From NCBI GenBank assembly GCA_965214775.1, contig OZ243974.1, positions 1,472,001-1,536,000 on the forward strand: a DNA stretch of 64,000 nt, read 5' to 3'. The notes beneath the pieces were generated by a model that was not told the origin of the DNA, searched no databases, and worked only from the letters and a program-made list of their open reading frames with translations. Below are positions 61,301-64,000 of the stretch, piece by piece (position 1 is the stretch's first letter; each line of letters starts with the position of its first letter). The DNA comes from Nitrosopumilus sp. Its GTDB lineage: Archaea > Thermoproteota > Nitrososphaeria > Nitrososphaerales > Nitrosopumilaceae. A program made the position numbers and the translations under genes.

Positions 61301-62321
61301 GGTTCGGCTTCACGGTGCGCGCTATGTCGTTGCTGATGCAGTCGCTCAGGCTTACCCTCAAGGTACTTTGCTACAACCGTAACCATATGTGTCTCAAAAA
61401 CAAAATTCAGATGGTGCCAAGATAGACGGCAGTGCAAACAGACAGATTGCCGCAAAAAAGAGGATACATGTGAAATCAAAGACTGTACAAATACAACAAC
61501 AACAGCAGCAGTATGTCGGCCTGGACGTGCACAAGAATTTCATCCAGGTCGCGGTGATGGACAAGGGCGGCAAGGTGCTGAGTAACACAAGAGTCGACAA
61601 CAAGGACGACGAGATAAGAAAGATATTTTCAGGGATTCCAAAGAATGCAAAGTGCGTCATGGAGTCCTCTTCAGTATGGTACGGGCTGTTCAGGTTCATT
61701 TCAGACAGTCTCAAAAGGGACGTGATCCTCTCAAACCCGTTTGAGACCAGGGCCATTGCCACATCAAAGAAAAAGACAGACAAGGTCGACGCGCAGATTC
61801 TGGCAGATCTTCTCAGGGGAGGATACATATCTGCATGCTACGTTCCCTCCGGCAAGACGGTACAGAACAGGCAGCTGACCAGGCACCGCGCAAAGACGAT
61901 ACAGTCAAGGACCGTACTAAAGAACCAGATACACGCAATACTGCTGCAAAACAGGATACAGGTAAATGGGGATCCGTTCTCCAGACCGTGGATCTCAAGG
62001 GTGAGAGATCTGGACAACTTTAGGATAAATGACAAATTAAGCATAATTGACTCCATAAACGACAGGATAGTAGGCATTGACATGCGCATCAAGAGCGCGG
62101 TTGCCGACAATCCGGATGCAGTCTTACTGCAGACGATTCCCGGGTTTGGCAGCTACACTGCACTGACTATGGCATCAGAGATAGACGGCGTTGACAGGTT
62201 TGCCGACTCACACAAGCTGTGCGCGTATGCCGGACTGGTGCCGTCTGTGAGAAACTCGGCAGACACCATCCACCATGGAAGGATAACAAAGGGGGGCAGC
62301 CCCATGATGAGGTGGCTCCTG

Positions 62322-63480
62322 AGAGGTGATCCGAAATTAGAAATCGAGTGCCCCGTCCGCAGCCGTTCTGCTGCCGCCACTCAGGCCGCAGCAGCGATTC
62401 TGGCCAACGCCCTATCGTTGACCAGTCCGCACACGATACTGTTGGCAAGGTCGTACTTTTTGAGTGGGTTTCGGTACCGGTCGCCCATTATTCTGTATGT
62501 TTTGACCCTGCGTATGGTGTTCTCCACGTACACGCGTATCTTTGAGTGCGTGATATTGTACTCTTTTTCCGCATCAGTGAGCTTGCCGCCCGGTTTTTTC
62601 TTGATTGGGAGTATGACGTCCGTGCCTGCATCCACTGACTGTGCTCCCTGGTATCCGCGGTCCATGTAGTGACGCAGCTTTGTGCTCTTTTGTTGTTGTT
62701 GCGGCGCATCACCATCCCCGCCGCCGCCGGGACACTTTTTCTCTTTCTCTTTCTCCTTTCTTTGGTCGTACCGGAACGTGGGATGCCTCATCTGGTACAT
62801 TGTGATGTCGTTTACGCGTCCCGGAGAGTGGGGCGTCTTGTGCACTATGAGTCCGTGAATGTTGGTGGTATACTGGACCTTGACTGTGTGCGTGCCTGCC
62901 TTGCCTGAATAGTGCGATCTCTCCATGTCCTTTCTCTTGGGCCTGCATATCTTTTGCTCTGAGGCATCTGTCAGGCAGACAAGTTCTGGAAGTACGTCCA
63001 TTAGCTCCTCTACTGAGGATATTCTCTTGGTGCCCGAATAGATCTTTTCGGGGATCGACAGGCACTGCTTGAGAACCGGCGCAATCCTGTCAATTGTGCG
63101 CGAGACTGATGCCTGTCCAATGCCGAACATGGCAGATGCCACGTCCTGCGTGACGTACGTCCTGTAGTAGAACAGGGACAGCAGAAGACTCTCCTTTAGG
63201 TTCAGGGCAGTCGGGCGTCCTGCACCGATGTCACGCTTGCGGTCTTTTTTGGCAGAAAGCAGCCTCTTTCTGTCCATCTTTGGGTGTTTTTTTGCCACCT
63301 TTGCATACAACAAATCAAATTCGGGGGCAGTCATGCCGGCAAACATCCTGAATGTCCGGGGGTTTTTTGATAATTTATCAAACAACTTCATGAATTATGT
63401 ACATTTTGCCTGCATTTGGATCGGGTTGGTGTACAATATGTGCCCATTTGATCAAAATTTGCTAATTTCGAATCAACTCT
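62322..63480 (-). mobile_element. IS5-family element (type H), parent of the H MITEs
   Basis: TIRs AGAGGTGATCCGAAATTAG / CTAATTTCGAATCAACTCT; 3-bp TSD CTG. Confidence 0.95.
62381..63391 (-). CDS. IS5 (ISL2-like) transposase
   Basis: TDASE, YSGK, DRGYQG, KKPGGKLT, RVYVEN. Confidence 0.93.
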   Translation of the reverse strand: MKLFDKLSKNPRTFRMFAGMTAPEFDLLYAKVAKKHPKMDRKRLLSAKKDRKRDIGAGRPTALNLKESLLLSLFYYRTYVTQDVASAMFGIGQASVSRTIDRIAPVLKQCLSIPEKIYSGTKRISSVEELMDVLPELVCLTDASEQKICRPKRKDMERSHYSGKAGTHTVKVQYTTNIHGLIVHKTPHSPGRVNDITMYQMRHPTFRYDQRKEKEKEKKCPGGGGDGDAPQQQQKSTKLRHYMDRGYQGAQSVDAGTDVILPIKKKPGGKLTDAEKEYNITHSKIRVYVENTIRRVKTYRIMGDRYRNPLKKYDLANSIVCGLVNDRALARIAAAA

Positions 63481-63681
63481 CTGGTGGAGTCAGCACACAG
63501 CCACGTAAGATACGCGCCGTCAGACTCGCCGATATCTGTCTTTTACAAGAGGATTGCAAAGAAGAGGAAGATATCCAAGGCCGCAGTGGCCGCAGCATCC
63601 AAGATGCTGCGCATATCATACTGGATGCTAAAGAAGAGGATGACCTTCAAGCAGTGCATAGGAGATGCGTGTGTGAAATGA

Positions 63682-63918
63682 ATGTTAGCATCATCATTAC
63701 AGTTAGAACTTTAATCTGCGTTAAACTAGTTGAGGGCGATCCTCGTTTTGTAACTGCAGAATGGTTCTGATAAATGGATGAAGAATGGTGCTGAGGGAGA
63801 TCCTCGAATAGATAAGTGTCCGACCTTCATTTTGGAATTGTCAGGAAAAGACCCCCAGCCAAAGCCATGCCTCACAACACCGTTGCGCGTGGAATCCTTA
63901 TAAACACGACACATAGAT
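63682..63918 (+). ncRNA. Candidate IS110 bridge/seek RNA region
   Basis: ~235-bp non-coding tail after the IS110 stop, duplicated TGAGGG(C/A)GATCCTCG, ending ...GACACATAGAT. Confidence 0.45.
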
Positions 63919-63927
63919 CAGCTAAGT

Positions 63928-64000
63928 TGTCTTATACAGAAATTAGGTCCGCCTAAGATAAGGCGTACGATCGCTGACTATTTCAGGCTGTACCGATCAG
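63928..64000 (+). mobile_element. Start of an IS481-related element inserted in a D-type end (runs off window)
   Basis: TGTCTTATACAGAAATTAGGTCCGCCTAAGAT resembles the 39743 terminus; preceded by CAGCTAAGT. Confidence 0.7.

Larger units (their letters stand above)
61389..63681 (+). pseudogene. IS110-family recombinase split by an IS5 (start uncertain)
   Basis: VGLDVHK, MES, KTDKVDA, GLVPSVRNS; rejoins as MRWLL|VESAH...VAAASK. Confidence 0.93.

Noticed and set aside
61389-62669. 426-aa ORF as a complete IS110 recombinase
   Set aside because: Residues after MRWLL are read-through into the inserted IS5
47446-64000. Provirus, cas operon, TnpB/IscB or retron
   Set aside because: No capsid, terminase, Cas, RuvC-zinc-finger or reverse transcriptase motifs recognised

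Overview
This window comes from an ammonia-oxidising archaeon (Nitrososphaeria, most likely Nitrosopumilaceae). The evidence is amoC/amoB, the 3HP/4HB-cycle pair (ADP-forming 4-hydroxybutyrate-CoA ligase plus 4-hydroxybutyryl-CoA dehydratase), archaeal ribosomal proteins, aIF5B, archease, Pcc1 and two tRNAs. Core blocks (about 1-2.9, 6.5-20.3, 33-36.4 and 43.5-47.4 kb) alternate with accessory DNA that is heavily loaded with mobile elements: full-length IS481, IS630, IS110 and two kinds of IS5, plus about a dozen families of 80-140 bp MITEs. Many of the MITEs are nested and several have clean target-site duplications (TSDs). The family letters A-M are my own labels. The most interesting candidates are: a divergent TcmP + DUF5131 (three-Cys, radical-SAM-like) module; a YwgA/Panacea-like + HD dNTPase pair; an IS110 with a ~235 bp 3' non-coding region containing a duplicated motif (candidate archaeal bridge RNA); an orphan two-repeat CRISPR-like unit; amoC-amoB apparently separated from amoA-amoX at a transposon scar; and micro-antitoxins that the ORF track misses. 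All calls were made by eye from motifs and no database search was run. Degenerate MITE boundaries are accurate only to a few bases.
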